From positions 5,024,001-5,088,000 of the forward strand of contig CM075995.1 in the NCBI GenBank assembly GCA_038087875.1: a stretch of DNA of 64,000 nt, in the 5' to 3' direction. The position numbers were made by a program, and so were the translations under genes. The notes beneath the pieces are model-generated. The model was not told where the DNA came from and ran no database searches. It worked only from the letters and a program-made list of their open reading frames with translations. Numbering within the stretch: the stretch's first letter is position 1; every line of letters starts with the position of its first letter. Origin of the DNA: Malacoraja senta. Taxonomy: Eukaryota. Positions 14,122 through 26,165 of the stretch are shown here, piece after piece.

Positions 14122-14525
14122 TTTAACCTAAAAACCTGTAGGCCTTTGGAGTGTGGGAAGATACCAGAGCACTCAGAGAAATCCCATGCAGGCACAGGGA
14201 GAACATACAAACTCCGTACAGACAGCACCCATAGTCAGGATCGAAGCCGGGTCTCTGGTGCTGTAAGATCCATTCACCTTCAGATTTAACTGTTTCACAA
14301 TGTGTGTCCATGCTTTCATAGGATATAGAGCAGTATAGCACAAGAAAAGACTCTTCAACCCAAATACCAAATATAATGCCAAGTTAAACTAACTCCTTCT
14401 CCCAAGTGTGTGTCACCACCTGCGGCAAATTAACATTCAACTTGCTACACAACATAAAGCTACAAGTTGCGGAAGTGGTATCTGTAGACACCATAGTTAC
14501 TAAGTTTTTCATTTTTTAAATTTAT

Positions 14526-14830
14526 GGCAGCACGGTGGCATGGCAGTAGTGTTGATGCCTAACAGCGCCAGCGAACTGGGTTCGATCCTAACTACGGGTG
14601 CTGTCTGTACGGAATTTGTACTTTCTCCCCATGACCTGCGTGGGTTTTCTCCGAGATGTTCGGTTTCCTCCCACACTTCAAAGATGTACAGGTTTGTAGG
14701 TAAATTGGCTTGGTATAAGTGTAAATTGTCCCTAGTGTGTGTAGGATAGTGTTAATGTACAGGGATCACTGGTCGGCGTGGACTGGGTGGGCCGAAGGGC
14801 CTGTTTCCACATTGTATCTCTAAACTAAAT
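14526..14830 (+). mobile_element. HE1-type tRNA-derived V-SINE (full length)
   Basis: tRNA-like head with A/B boxes (GTGGC...; GGTTCGATCC), central GGTTTCCTCCCACA.TCCAAAGA domain, CR1-like tail ending (CTAAA)n. Confidence 0.85.
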
Positions 14831-16008
14831 CTGTCCCTAAAAAGCTACCAGTGTCTTCACAGTGTTCACTCCATGGAACCAGGTCAGCAATTCTTTACCA
14901 ATCATCCCATAGTAATGTTTTAAGTATTAATTGAAAAGTTCAATTTGTTTCACAACATAAAGCTACAAGTTTTTATAAATTATCGGATAAATTTTCCCGA
15001 TGTTGGGGGAGTCCAGAACCAGGGGTCACAGTTTAAGAATAAGGGGTAGGCCATTTAGGGTTGAGATGAGGAAAAACTTTTTCACCCAGAGAGTTGTGAA
15101 TCTGTGGAATTCTCTGCCACAGAAGGCAGTGGAGGCCAATTCACTGGATATTTTCAAGAGGTAGTTTTAGCTCTTAGGGCTAGCGGAATGAAGGGATATG
15201 TGGAAAAAGCAGGAACAGGATCATTTTAGATGATCAGCCATGATCATATTGAATGACGGTGCTGGCTCGTAGGGCCGAATGGCCTACTCCTGCACCTATT
15301 TTTTTATGTTTCTATGCATCTAAGTTGCAGAAGTGATATCTGTAGATACCATAGTTACTAAGTTTTTATTTTTTTTAGTTAGTAATGATGGCGGAGTTAG
15401 ATAAAGCTGAAATAAGTTGCTGGCAAAGATCATAGAGCCAGGGCTCGAAATTAGCGGTTGCCCGGGTGCCACTGACCACTCAAAGCGCCGCAGGGCAACC
15501 TAAACACCGAGTCATTTTGCCCGGCTTGGCAACCAGAGACTGGTTTGTACCGAAGATAGACACAAAAAACTGGAGTAACTCCGCGGGTCAGGCAGCATCT
15601 CTGGAGAAAAGGAACGCAACGTTTCGTGTCAGCGGCGGCTGTGCGGGGCAAAGATACTAGATGCGGGGTGAGGAAGGGTCGGAGCGAATGACGGGCCCCG
15701 AACAGCGGCAGCAGCGGCCGCGAACAACAGCTCCATCTCCTCTTCCTCCCGCCCCCCGCCCCCCTGATAAGGGCCTCTGCTTGCAAACCCACTAACGGCG
15801 CTTTCAAAACAAACTCCTCCCGCACTCCGAGGCCGGGAGGAAGGAGGGAGGGGGAGGCCTCGGAGTTTGTTTTAAAAGCGCCGTTACCGGATTTACAAGC
15901 AGAGGCCCTGATCAGGGCGGGCGGGGTGCGGGAGGAGGAGGCGGTGGAGCCGCTGCTGCCGCTGTTCGGGGCCCGTCATTCGCTCCGACCCTTCTGAAGC
16001 AGCTGCAC

Positions 16009-16036
16009 CAAAGATCCTATAGCTGGAGGATCTTTG
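16009..16036. mobile_element. 28-bp TIR-only micro-element
   Basis: CAAAGATCCT-ATAGCTGG-AGGATCTTTG flanked by AGCTGCAC / AGCTGCAT. Confidence 0.65.
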
Positions 16037-17150
16037 AGCTGCATCGCTCGGCCCCGCACCTTGCTGTTGGCTGGCGGACGAGGGAGGTGGTGGCGAGGAG
16101 TTCCCAACGGCCAAGGCAGCGGGGCGATGTTGTCCGAGGAGCGCTGACCTTCCTTCCTCCCCACCTCGCTCCCTCTCTCTCTCTCTCTCTCTTGTACGCC
16201 CCCTTCACCCCCTTATCCTGGAACCCCTCCACTCCATCCCGCACTGATCCCCATTCCCGCCTCTATTCAGTCCTCACTGACATCCCCTGTGCTCCCCCCC
16301 CCCATCTATTCATCCAGCGATTACCCTATCCACCTCGCATTGATTCTCCTGCCCCCCCCCCATCCATCCTACACTGGTTCCCCAATTCACCCTGTACTTA
16401 CCCCTTTCCCATCCATCCTGCACTTCTCCATCCATCCTGTACTAATCCACGCATTCATCCCGTACTGACCCATCCTCCATTTACCCTGCACCTTCCCCCT
16501 TCCCCTCATTCATCCTGTAGTGATCCCCCATTCATCCTGCACAGACCCTCCGATCCACGCTGTACTGACCCCCCCATTCATCCTGCGCTGATCTCCCCCC
16601 CCCATCCATCCTGTACTGATCCTCCCATTCAAGAAGAATGGGGGGAACAGTCTGAAGAAGGGTCTCGACCCGAAATGTTGCCTATTTCCTTCGCTCCATA
16701 GATGCTGCCTCACCCGCTGAGTTTCTCCAGCACTTTTGTCTAACCCCATCCATCCCGTACTGAACCCCCCCATTCAACACCACTGACATCCCCGGTGCTC
16801 TCCCCTCACAATTTTACCTACTCCAACCATCACGTACTAATTCACCTGCCTCAATCCATCCATTCTGCACCGACTGCCTTCTAACCACCCCCCCCACCCC
16901 CGCCATCTATCCACCCTGCACTGATTCACACACACCCCCCTCCCTGACCCTATTGTGCTGAAAATGTCTTCAGAGCGAACATTAACTATGTTTGATAACG
17001 GAATGCAATCAAATGTGTTTTAATTCCCAATGTTATTATTTGTTTTAATCCATAAAGATGGATTAATTAAATTGTGAACACGTGAAACATTAAAACCGCA
17101 GTGTTCGATTGTCACTGCTGCCGTTGACACGTTTTTACAGAATTCATTTT

Positions 17151-19566
17151 TTAAATTTTTTTTTAAATATTTTTATTTTATTAGAAGTAAGTACAATTGT
17201 ATACAATCATATTTTCATAATACCTTTTATGTACAGCTTCTTATTTTTAAATTTTTTTGAAATAAAGAAGAAAAAGAAAAAAGTTAGATAATGAAAAATA
17301 GAAAAATGTGAGATATATAGTGTGTGAAAAAGAAAAATAAAGAATGAAATAAGAAAGTTGAGACATAGAAAATAGAAGAAAGAGAATAAATGAAAAGAAG
17401 AGAAGAAAAGAAAATAGAAGGAGATCATTTATAATCTTGACCATCCGCAGTCACGGATTAGCTTTTACACCTGTTTTGCACCATACGTTTCCAAAAAGAC
17501 GACAAATGGAGACCAACTCGTTATGAATTGGTCAAATTTATCTATTAGGAGGAATCGCATTTCCTCAAGATGTGCGGTATCCAACATACTTGCAATCCAC
17601 ATTTTGAGCGTTGGTATTGGTGTATTTTTCCAAAATTTCAATATTAATTTTTTTGCTATTATTAAACCATAATTAAAAATTGACTTTTGAGATGAGCTCA
17701 ATTTGTTTCCGTCTTCCATTACCCCAAATATAATCAATTCATTATTGGGTTCCATTTTTGTCTTAAATAATTTTGTAAATATTTCGAAAATATCACTCCA
17801 AAATCCATGAAGTTTTATACAAGAAACAAAAGAGTGTGTTATAGTTGCTTCTTGGATTAAACATTTATCGCAAATGGGCGATATATTTGGATAAAATTTA
17901 TTTAATCTTGTTTTTGAGTAATATAATCTATGTAAAATTTTAAATTGGATTAGATTATGTCTTGCGTTAATCGAACACTTGTGAATGTATGTCAAATACT
18001 TTTCCCATGTAGCCTTCGTAATTTTTATCAATAATTCCCGTTCCCACTCTTCTCTAATTACCTCGGTCACAGGTAAATCTATATTTAAGATACTATTATA
18101 TAAATATGCTATTAATTTTTGTGTATCAGCTTTTATATTCATTACTTCTTCTAGTAAATCAGGAGTTATTTTTTGATATCCCTGTATGTATGTCTTCAAA
18201 AAATTACAAATCTGAAAATATTTAAAATAATGAGTGTTTTTCAGTTTAAATTTTAATTGTAATTGTTGAAATGATAATAAATCTCCCATTTCATACATAT
18301 CCCCGATCCTTTTAATTCCTAAACTTTCCCATTGATTATATATTTTATCCATCATAGATGGTTTAAATAAAGGATTATTCGCTATCGGTGTTAACAATGA
18401 TAGGTTTCTTAATTTTAAGGATAGTTTTATTTGTTTCCATATTCTTATTGTATCTTGTATAATTGGGCTTTTCTTATATATTGTATTGTTCATTTTTTTC
18501 GGGGAGAAGAGGATTGTTCCTATATTACAAGGATAACAATCCTCTTTCTCCATTTTTATCCATTCTGTCTGTTGAGTTGAACTATCCAACCAGTAAATTA
18601 TATTCTTAATATGTATTGCCCAATAGTAATACAAAAAATTAGGGAGTGAAAGTCCCCCGACATCTTTTGGTTTACATAAGTGTTCTTTTTTAATTCTATG
18701 TGATTTGTAATCCCAAACAAAATTAGTAATATTAGCATTCAGTTTAGAGAAGAAATATGTTGGTACATATACTGGTATAGATTGAAATAAGTATAATAAC
18801 TGTGGTAAGAAGCTCATTTTAATAGCATTTATTCTGCCTATTAATGATAAAGGGAGTGTTTTCCAAAATTTTATCATTATATTAAGTTTATTTATTAAGG
18901 GTATAAAATTAGCATTGAATAAAGCTTTATGTTTTCTAGTAATCTGTATACCCAGATATTTGAATTTTTCTGTTGCTATTTTAAAGGGGAATTTCAATGT
19001 GTGTGGATTCTTGAGGTTTTAACGTCATAATTTCACTTTTGTTCCAATTTATTCTATATCCTGAAAAGGACCCAAATTCCTCTATTAAATTTAATAAATT
19101 TGGTATACTCGTTTGTGAATTTGTTATATATAACAAAATATCGTCTGCATACAATGAAATTTTATTATTTGAGTCCCTAGTATTATAACCCTGAATATTC
19201 GGATGGCTTCTTATACTTTCAGCCAGAGGTTCTATCATAAGGGCAAATAGCAGGGGTGATAAAGCACATCCCTGCCTATTACCCCTTGATAATTGAAATT
19301 TTTGAGATAACATGCTGTTAGTTAATATTCTTGCCATCGGTTTATCATATAATAATTTCACCCATGCAATAAAATTCTCTCCCATATTAAATTTTTGTAA
19401 TACTATGTATAAATACTGCCATTCTACCTGATCAAATGCTTTCTCTGCGTCCAAAGAAATAATTGCTAAGTCTTTTTCTTCCTTTTTATGTGAGTACATT
19501 ATATTAAACAGGCGTCTCAAATTATTAAATGAATATCTTTTGGGTATAAACCCCGTTTGATCAGGG
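17151..19566 (-). mobile_element. 5'-truncated L1-clade LINE (ORF2 RT and C-terminal CCHC, one frameshift)
   Basis: ORFs 18981..19520 (LDAEKAFD, RQGCALSPLLF, YADD) and 17465..18997 (CDKC...H....C). A-rich tail; 15-bp TSD TACAGAATTCATTTT; TTTT/AA target. Confidence 0.95.
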
Positions 19567-20965
19567 TACAGAATTCATTTTAACGGCAAATCAATGCTCT
19601 TAATATGGAGTATCAGTACTGTAGTTATTTAATGAGCAACATTCACAACTATATGTACACATATATGTTACCATGGTCCAGGATTTATTGACACAGGTTG
19701 ATCATACGATGAATAATCCAACCCCATTTTTGTTTGGAAGTGGAAAGAACTAATACAAATTGCATTAATTGCCATGTGTAAATAGAGTTGAGATACTGAC
19801 TTATAATTTTGCTGCATGTGGGATATATCATGTCTTGATTGGTGAATATGTTTAGTTTGTGATTTTATTTGAAGCAGAACTAATATGTGAATGCTTCATT
19901 GAGTATAATTCCGACTGGTAACTACGCACTTCGTCCGAGCACATTATCGCACGCATCATGCAAGCCATCTTAAATGACCACCTAAACTGTCATTTGGCAA
20001 CCTAAAAAGCTGCCAAGATTGCCCGGCTGGCAACAGGGAAAAAAAGTTAAGCGAGAGCCCTGAGAGCGCTCTATGATCTTTGGTTGCTGGCTTGGAACGA
20101 GTCAGGCAATTACAGTCAATTGTATCCTTATCTGAAGACCTGGATCGCCAATTCTTTGGCATTCCTCAGTTTCCATGAATCTCTGTTTCCAAGTATAGAA
20201 CATATCATGAGGGGCAAGAGGAAGTCAATCTATGAGCAGTTTTTTTTAAGATCGGGAGCTATTTATCTTTGTTAGAGAAAAACAAATCACAGTGGGGAAA
20301 GTGTTATTCGCTTTTCTTTCACAGATATTCATTTGCAATATAAAGTGTGACTTCTGAAATCAATGTAGATTTCAGGAAAATAGTACAATCTTGTTAATTT
20401 TCATGGTTCTGCTGTCAATGATAATCTCCCTAAGATCTTCCTGGGCTCTTGACTGCTGCTGGAAATATCAACAGCGCCATCTAGTGACCGTTTAAGAAAA
20501 CACAGAAATTGAGTTGCTTGCAACTTGAAATCTCGCTGATCACCGTACAAAGGATAAGGCACCAAAAGTTCACCTAATTTTCTGCCTATCCTACCAGTTG
20601 ATATATGATATGGTAATTGTTGCCTTATCTTTGCAATCATTTAGTTGTAACAAAGAAACTGCAGATGCTGGTTTACAAACCCCCCCCACCACAAAATGCT
20701 CGACTAACTCAGCAGATCAGGCAACATCCCTGGAGAACATGGATAGGTGATGTTTCAGATAAGGACCCTTCCTCAGACTACATTAAAAAAAACAAAGTGC
20801 TGGAATAACTCAGCGGGTCAGGCAGCATATTTGAAGGCCATAAAAAGGCACAAAGTGCTGGAGTAACTCAGCAAGTCAGGCAGCATCCCTTATCTGAAGA
20901 AGGATCCTGACCCGAAACGTCACCTATCCATGTTCTCCAGGGATGCTACCTGACCCGTTGAGTTA

Positions 20966-21270
20966 AGGGGCTGTCCCACTGTAGGAGCTCTCCCGAGTTA
21001 AAAAAAAAAAATCAAACTCGTGGTAAGCACGTAGAATGTACGTAGCGGGTACGTCGGAGCTCGGGACGTCTCTTAGCGGCTCGTAACGCTAACGGCAGGT
21101 ACTCGGGAAACGCGGTAAGCTCGTGAAGACTCGTGAAGATTTTTCAACATTGAAAAATGTCCACGAGAGCCCCGAGTACCTACGAGCGGCTATTACCGTA
21201 ATTCTCCGAGTTCGAATCAGGGGAAACTCGGGAGAACTCTTGAATTAGCTCGTACAGTGGGACAGCCCCT
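20966..21270. mobile_element. Harbinger-type MITE inserted in a Penelope pLTR
   Basis: TIR AGGGGCTGTCCCACTGTA; TTA TSD. Removing it restores the pLTR sequence GAGTTACTCCAGC. Confidence 0.9.
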
Positions 21271-23411
21271 TTACTCCAGCATTTTGTGTCTCTCTTTGCA
21301 ATCACTTGGTCTACATCAGACTCAGATTCAAGGCAAAGAAATTCTCAATTGCGATTAACTTGATTATGTAGATTCAAATCCATCAGCTCAAGAATGCTTC
21401 TCCTATGAAAACTGCACTTTCTGATATCACAAAACATTACATTCCAAAAGAAAGCTGTCTAATTAAATCTACTACAATTATTGAATAATAAGATACCAAT
21501 GACCCCTATCAATAAAAACTGATTGGATAATTGAGGGATCCCAAACTGTGGCCATGCATTCTCAGCATAATATTTCCTTGGAGAAAGGACAAATTATCTG
21601 CAAAAGAATCGTAGAAATTAGTTTGCTGGCCAGGAGATCAAGTGTAGAATCAGGAAGAAAGGTAAAAGAGGTTGTAAAATACAAGTTTGTGTCCATCAGT
21701 GTCAATATTTATTTATTCCATCACAGACACAGCCCTCCTCTCCATCAAAAGCATCTAGAGGTGGTGCTGCCTCAAGGAGGCAGTGTCTATCATCAAGGAT
21801 CCTCCATTATCTGGGCCATCAGACAGGAGGCCTTAAGTCCCACACTACTAGGTTCAGGAACAACTAGTTTATTTTAGTTTATTGTCACGTGTATCAAGGT
21901 ACAGTGAAAAGCTTTTGTTGCATGCTAACCCGTCAAAGGAAAGACAATACATTATTATCATCGAGCCATCTACAGTGTACAGATACATGACAAAGGGAAT
22001 AATATCCAATTAAAGATGGTTCGAGGGTCTCCAATGAGGTAGATTGTAGTTCAGGATTGTTCTCCAGTTGTTGGTAGGATGATTCGGTTGCCTGATAACA
22101 GCTGGGAAGAAACTGTCCCTGATTCTGGACATGTGCATTTCAAACTTTATACTTTTTGCCCGATGGGAGAGGGAGTAGCCAGGGTGTTAGCTACTTTCCT
22201 ACAACGATCAAATTCTTGACCCAACTTCCATAACCCTAATCCTACCTTGAGAACAAACTATCATTGTTTTTTCTCTATTTCTGGGTTGCACTCTTTTGTT
22301 TTGTTGCAGTCTTCTTTCATTTAAAAATGTTATGTATAATTTGTGTATAATTTGTTTTTAGTGGTGTGTCTGTGCCTATGATGCTGCTACAATTTTCCAT
22401 TGTATCTGCATTTCACCATACTTGTGCGTACAAAAATAAACCCAATTTGACTTTCTTCATACTTTATGTTTTATTCTAATCCCACACATTTTCTGTCTCT
22501 TTTTCTTTAGGGTGTTCACAAAAACTGTCTCTTCTTTCAGGTTATCCATCAACCATCTTAATTTCTCTCAATATGGATCAGTGCTAAGTTTCTTTTGATA
22601 AGTCAAGAAGGGCCTGGGATATTTCAGTAGTAGAGTCATACAGCATGGAAACAGGCCCTTCAGCCCAACTTGCCGACGCTGATCAAGATGCCCATATCCT
22701 TCTAACTCTCTCCTATCCATGTACTGTACCTATCCAAATGTCTTTTAAATGTTGTTATAGTACCTGCCTCAACTACCTCCTCTGGCAGCTCATTCCATAT
22801 ACCCACCACCCTTTGAATCTGTGGAATTTGCCACAGAAGACTGTGGAGGCCATGTCAGTGGATATTTTTAATCAGAGATAGATAAATTAATGATTAGTAC
22901 AGGTATCAGAGGTTATGGGGAGAAGGCAGGAGAATGGGGTTAGGCGGGAGAGATAGATCAGCCATGAATGAATGGCGGAGTAGGCTTGATGGGCCGAATG
23001 GCCTAATTCTACTCATATCACTTATGACCTTATGTCCCTTGTGTGAAAAGGTTGCCCCTCAGGTTCCTATTAAATCTCTCCCCTCTCACCTTAAACCCAT
23101 GTCCTCTGGTTCTTGATTCCCCTACTGTGGGTAAAAGACCCCATCTATTCCCCTCTATTGGATCACCCATCATCCTCCTGCTCTCCAGGGAATAAAGTCC
23201 AGGCCTGCTCAACTCTCCTTATAGCTCAGACTCTCAAGCTCTCGTAAATCTTTTCTGCACCCAGGGTGAACATAATACTCTAAATGTGGCCTCAATGCCT
23301 TGTACATCTGTAACATAACCTCCCAACTTCCATACTCATTATTATGACTGATGAAGCCAAATGTGCCAAACGTTTTCTTGACCTCCCTATGATGCTACTT
23401 TTAAGGGCCTA

Positions 23412-25214
23412 CTAGACTAAGTGGGACCCAGTCACAAGGGAGGCCTGGTCCCCCAACACAACCCATTCCCCAACGCAATATTCCACCACTCACCCGCTCC
23501 CCCAACGCAATATTCCACCACTCAACCGCTCCCCCAATGCAATATTCCACCACTCTCCCATAGCCTGTAACTGAGCAGGCATGACTCATTTCCCCTCATC
23601 CCCGAGCACTTCCTCCCCCTCCTCTTCATGTGTGGGAGGGGAGGGGGAGGGAAGTGGGGTGTGTGGCGGGGGGTGTGGGGGAGGTGTGTGTGGGCTGGAG
23701 GGGTGTGGGAGGGGGGGAGGAGAGATGTGGGAGGGGGGTATGTGGGAGGGTTTGTGTTTGGGAGGGGGTGTGTGTGTGGGGGGGGGTATGTGTGGAGGGG
23801 AGGGGTGTACAGGCAGAGGGGTTATGGGGGGAAGGGGTGTGTGAGCCGGGGGAGGGGTTGTGGGGGGGAGGGGTGTGTGGGGGCAGGGGGGAGTTGTGGG
23901 GGCAGGCATTGTGAGGGCGGGGGGGTTTGTGGGGGGAGAGGGGTGTGTGGGCGGTGGAGGGGGTTGTGTCGGCGGGGGGGGGGTGTGTGGGGGGGGTGTG
24001 TGTGGGGGGGATGTGGTGTGTGGGTGGAGAGGGGGTTGTAGGGGTGGGAGGTGTGGGCGGCGGAGTGTGTGGGGGGGAGGGGTGTGTTGTGTGTGGGCGG
24101 GTGGGTGTGTGGGCAGGGGGGCTTGTGGTGGGGAGGGGTGTGTGGGTGGGAGGGGTGTGTGGGGGGAGAGGGGTGTGTGGGCGGGGGGTGTTCTGGCGGG
24201 AGAGGGGTGTGAAGGCGGGTGGGGAGTGAGCTCGGAGAAAAGACGGGGAAGAGGTATGGGGGAGAGGGGGGCAGTGAAGAGGACCAGGGGGTAGTGGCTG
24301 GAATTGGCGGTCCGATGGGGACTCACAGCGGGCGCTGGTCGTTCTCCTCCACCGGGATCAGAGTCTACGCTTTTCGTTTGGCGACATCGGCGACATCTCC
24401 GACTCCGGGCCGGTCTGGGCTGGGTCTCCGACTCTGGGCTGGGCTGGGTCTCCGACTCTGGGCTGGGCTGGGTCTCCCACGTTGGGCTGGGCTGGGTCGG
24501 GTCTTCGACGCTGGGCTGCTGCTTGGGGCTGGGCTGCTGCTGCTTGGGGCTGGGCTGCTGCTGCTTGGGGCTGGGCTGCTGCTGCTTGGGGCTGGGGTGC
24601 TGCTGCTTGGGGCTGGGGTGCTGTTGCTTGGGGCTGGGGTGCTGCTGCTTGGGGCTGGGGTGCTGCTGCTTGGGGCTGGGGTGCTGCTGCTTGGGGCTGG
24701 GGTGCTGCTGCTTGGGGCGGGGTTGCTTGGGGCGGGGCTGCTTGGGGCGGGGCTGCTTGGGGCGGGGCTGCTTGGGGCGGGGCTGCTTGGGGCAGGGCTG
24801 CTTGGGGCAGGGCTGCTTGGGGCAGGGCTGCTTGGGGCTGGGCTGCTTGGGGCTGGGCTGCTTCGGGTCCCTCCGAAAGTCCGGTTGGAAAGCTCCTCCG
24901 GCTTTCCTCAGCTCCAGTAAAGAAGCGATGGTGCAGGAAGGGGCAGACCGTCCCGGGGAGTGACAGGGGAAGAGACTAATCCGCGCGGCGCTGACTGGTA
25001 GGAGAAGAGATCGATTTGCGCACGTGCGGATTTTAAAGTTTTTAATGACATTCAACCGATCGGAACGAACCTTGGTGGACTCAGAGCATAGGAGAACGGT
25101 GAGTGAACTGGCAAAAAATCGTGGCCCTATCGCAAACCGTTTTTGCGTAAATAGAAAGACCGCCAAACCGGAAGATAACAAGATCAGAGTTTTAGTTATG
25201 CATAGATAGATAGA
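23412..25214 (-). mobile_element. Non-autonomous Helitron carrying minisatellites
   Basis: Minus strand: A|TCTATCTATC 5' end, GGGACC...GGTCCC hairpin then CTAG|T 3' end. No TSD; the host CR1 rejoins at A|T. Confidence 0.82.
24515..24862. repeat. 18-bp and 15-bp GC-rich minisatellite arrays
   Basis: (GCTGCTTGGGGCTGGGST)n followed by (GCTGCTTGGGGCDGG)n. Confidence 0.95.
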
Positions 25215-25867
25215 TGTACCTACACTCCTAGATTCCTCTCCTCTACAACACTCCTAGAGCCCTGCCATTCTTGGGAAGCTCCTGCCCTGATTTGGCTTCC
25301 AAAAATGCTACACCTCACACTTATCTGCATTAAACTCCATTAACCATTCGTAAGAGATAGGAGCAGAATTAGGCCGTTCGGCCCATCAAGTCTACTCCTC
25401 CATTCAATCATGGCTGATCTATCTCTCCCTCTGAAACCCATTCTCTTGCCTTCTCCCCATTATCCCCGACACCCGTACTAATCATTTGTACCTCCTCAGC
25501 CCATCTTCCCAACTGAGCAAGATCCTGCTGCAATTTTGAAAACCAACTTCGCTATCAATGATGCCACCCACTTTAGTGTCATCTGCAATCTTACTAATGA
25601 TGCCTTGTACATTCTCACCCAAATCGTTGATATAAACCACAAACAGCAAAGGGACCAGCACCGATCACTGAGGCACACCACTAGTCACGGACCTCCAGTC
25701 CAAAAAACAACCTTCCACCATCATCCTCTGCTTTCTTTCATGGCCGATTCTCTATCCAGTCGGCTAGCTCTCCCTGCATCCCATACAATCTAACGTTCCA
25801 CAGCAGCCTACCATGTGGAACCGTATCAAATGCCTTGCTGAAGTCCATGTAGACAACAAGAGCTTTG

Positions 25868-26165
25868 GTGGCACGGTGGCACAGCAGTAGAGTTGCTGCC
25901 GTACCAGAGACACAGGTTTAATCCTGACTACGGGTGCTGTCTGTACGGAGTTTGTATGTTCTCTCCATGACGGCATGGGTTTTCTCTGAGATCTTCGGTT
26001 TCCTCCCACGCTCCAAAGACGTACAGGTTTGTATGTTCATTGGCTTGGTATGTGTAAATTGTCCCTAGTGTGTGTAGGATAGTGTTAATGTGTGGGGATC
26101 GCTGGTCTGTGCGGACTCGTTAGGCCGAGGGGCCTGTTTCGGCGCTGTATCTCTAAACTAAACTG
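25868..26165 (+). mobile_element. HE1-type SINE
   Basis: Same consensus as 14526-14830. Confidence 0.85.

Larger units (their letters stand above)
15439..20062. mobile_element. Non-autonomous hAT-like DNA element hosting the L1 and a pLTR fragment
   Basis: Termini CAGGGCTC...GAGCCCTG, subterminal GGCAAC/GTTGCC motifs, flanked by an AGAGC duplication. Confidence 0.65.
15424..20082. mobile_element. Outer TIR-only element (CAAAGATCATAGAGC/GCTCTATGATCTTTG) split by the element above
   Basis: Perfect 15-bp inverted termini and a perfect 8-bp TSD GTTGCTGG (15416-15423 / 20083-20090). Confidence 0.75.
22625..25860 (-). mobile_element. Old CR1-type fragment split by the Helitron and smaller insertions
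   Basis: RTRGH-type 3' ORF remnants (23030..23212, 25496..25681) on both sides of 23412-25214. Confidence 0.65.

Noticed and set aside
14445..15370. Local ~75-bp direct duplication (CACAACATAAAGCTACAAGTT...CCATAGTTACTAAGTTTT), the second copy split by a CR1 tail
   Set aside because: It is real but looks like an ordinary local duplication with no sign of function.
16087..16701. 204-aa Pro-rich ORF
   Set aside because: It derives from degenerate C-rich tandem repeats and runs into a pLTR fragment.
24515..24862. Regular repeats as a possible CRISPR array
   Set aside because: There are no unique spacers and the context is eukaryotic; it is a minisatellite.
23586..25181. 531-aa Pro/Gln-rich ORF and overlapping Gly/Cys/Trp-rich ORFs
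   Set aside because: These stay open only because G/C-rich 15- and 18-bp repeats lack stop codons, and they lie wholly inside a Helitron.
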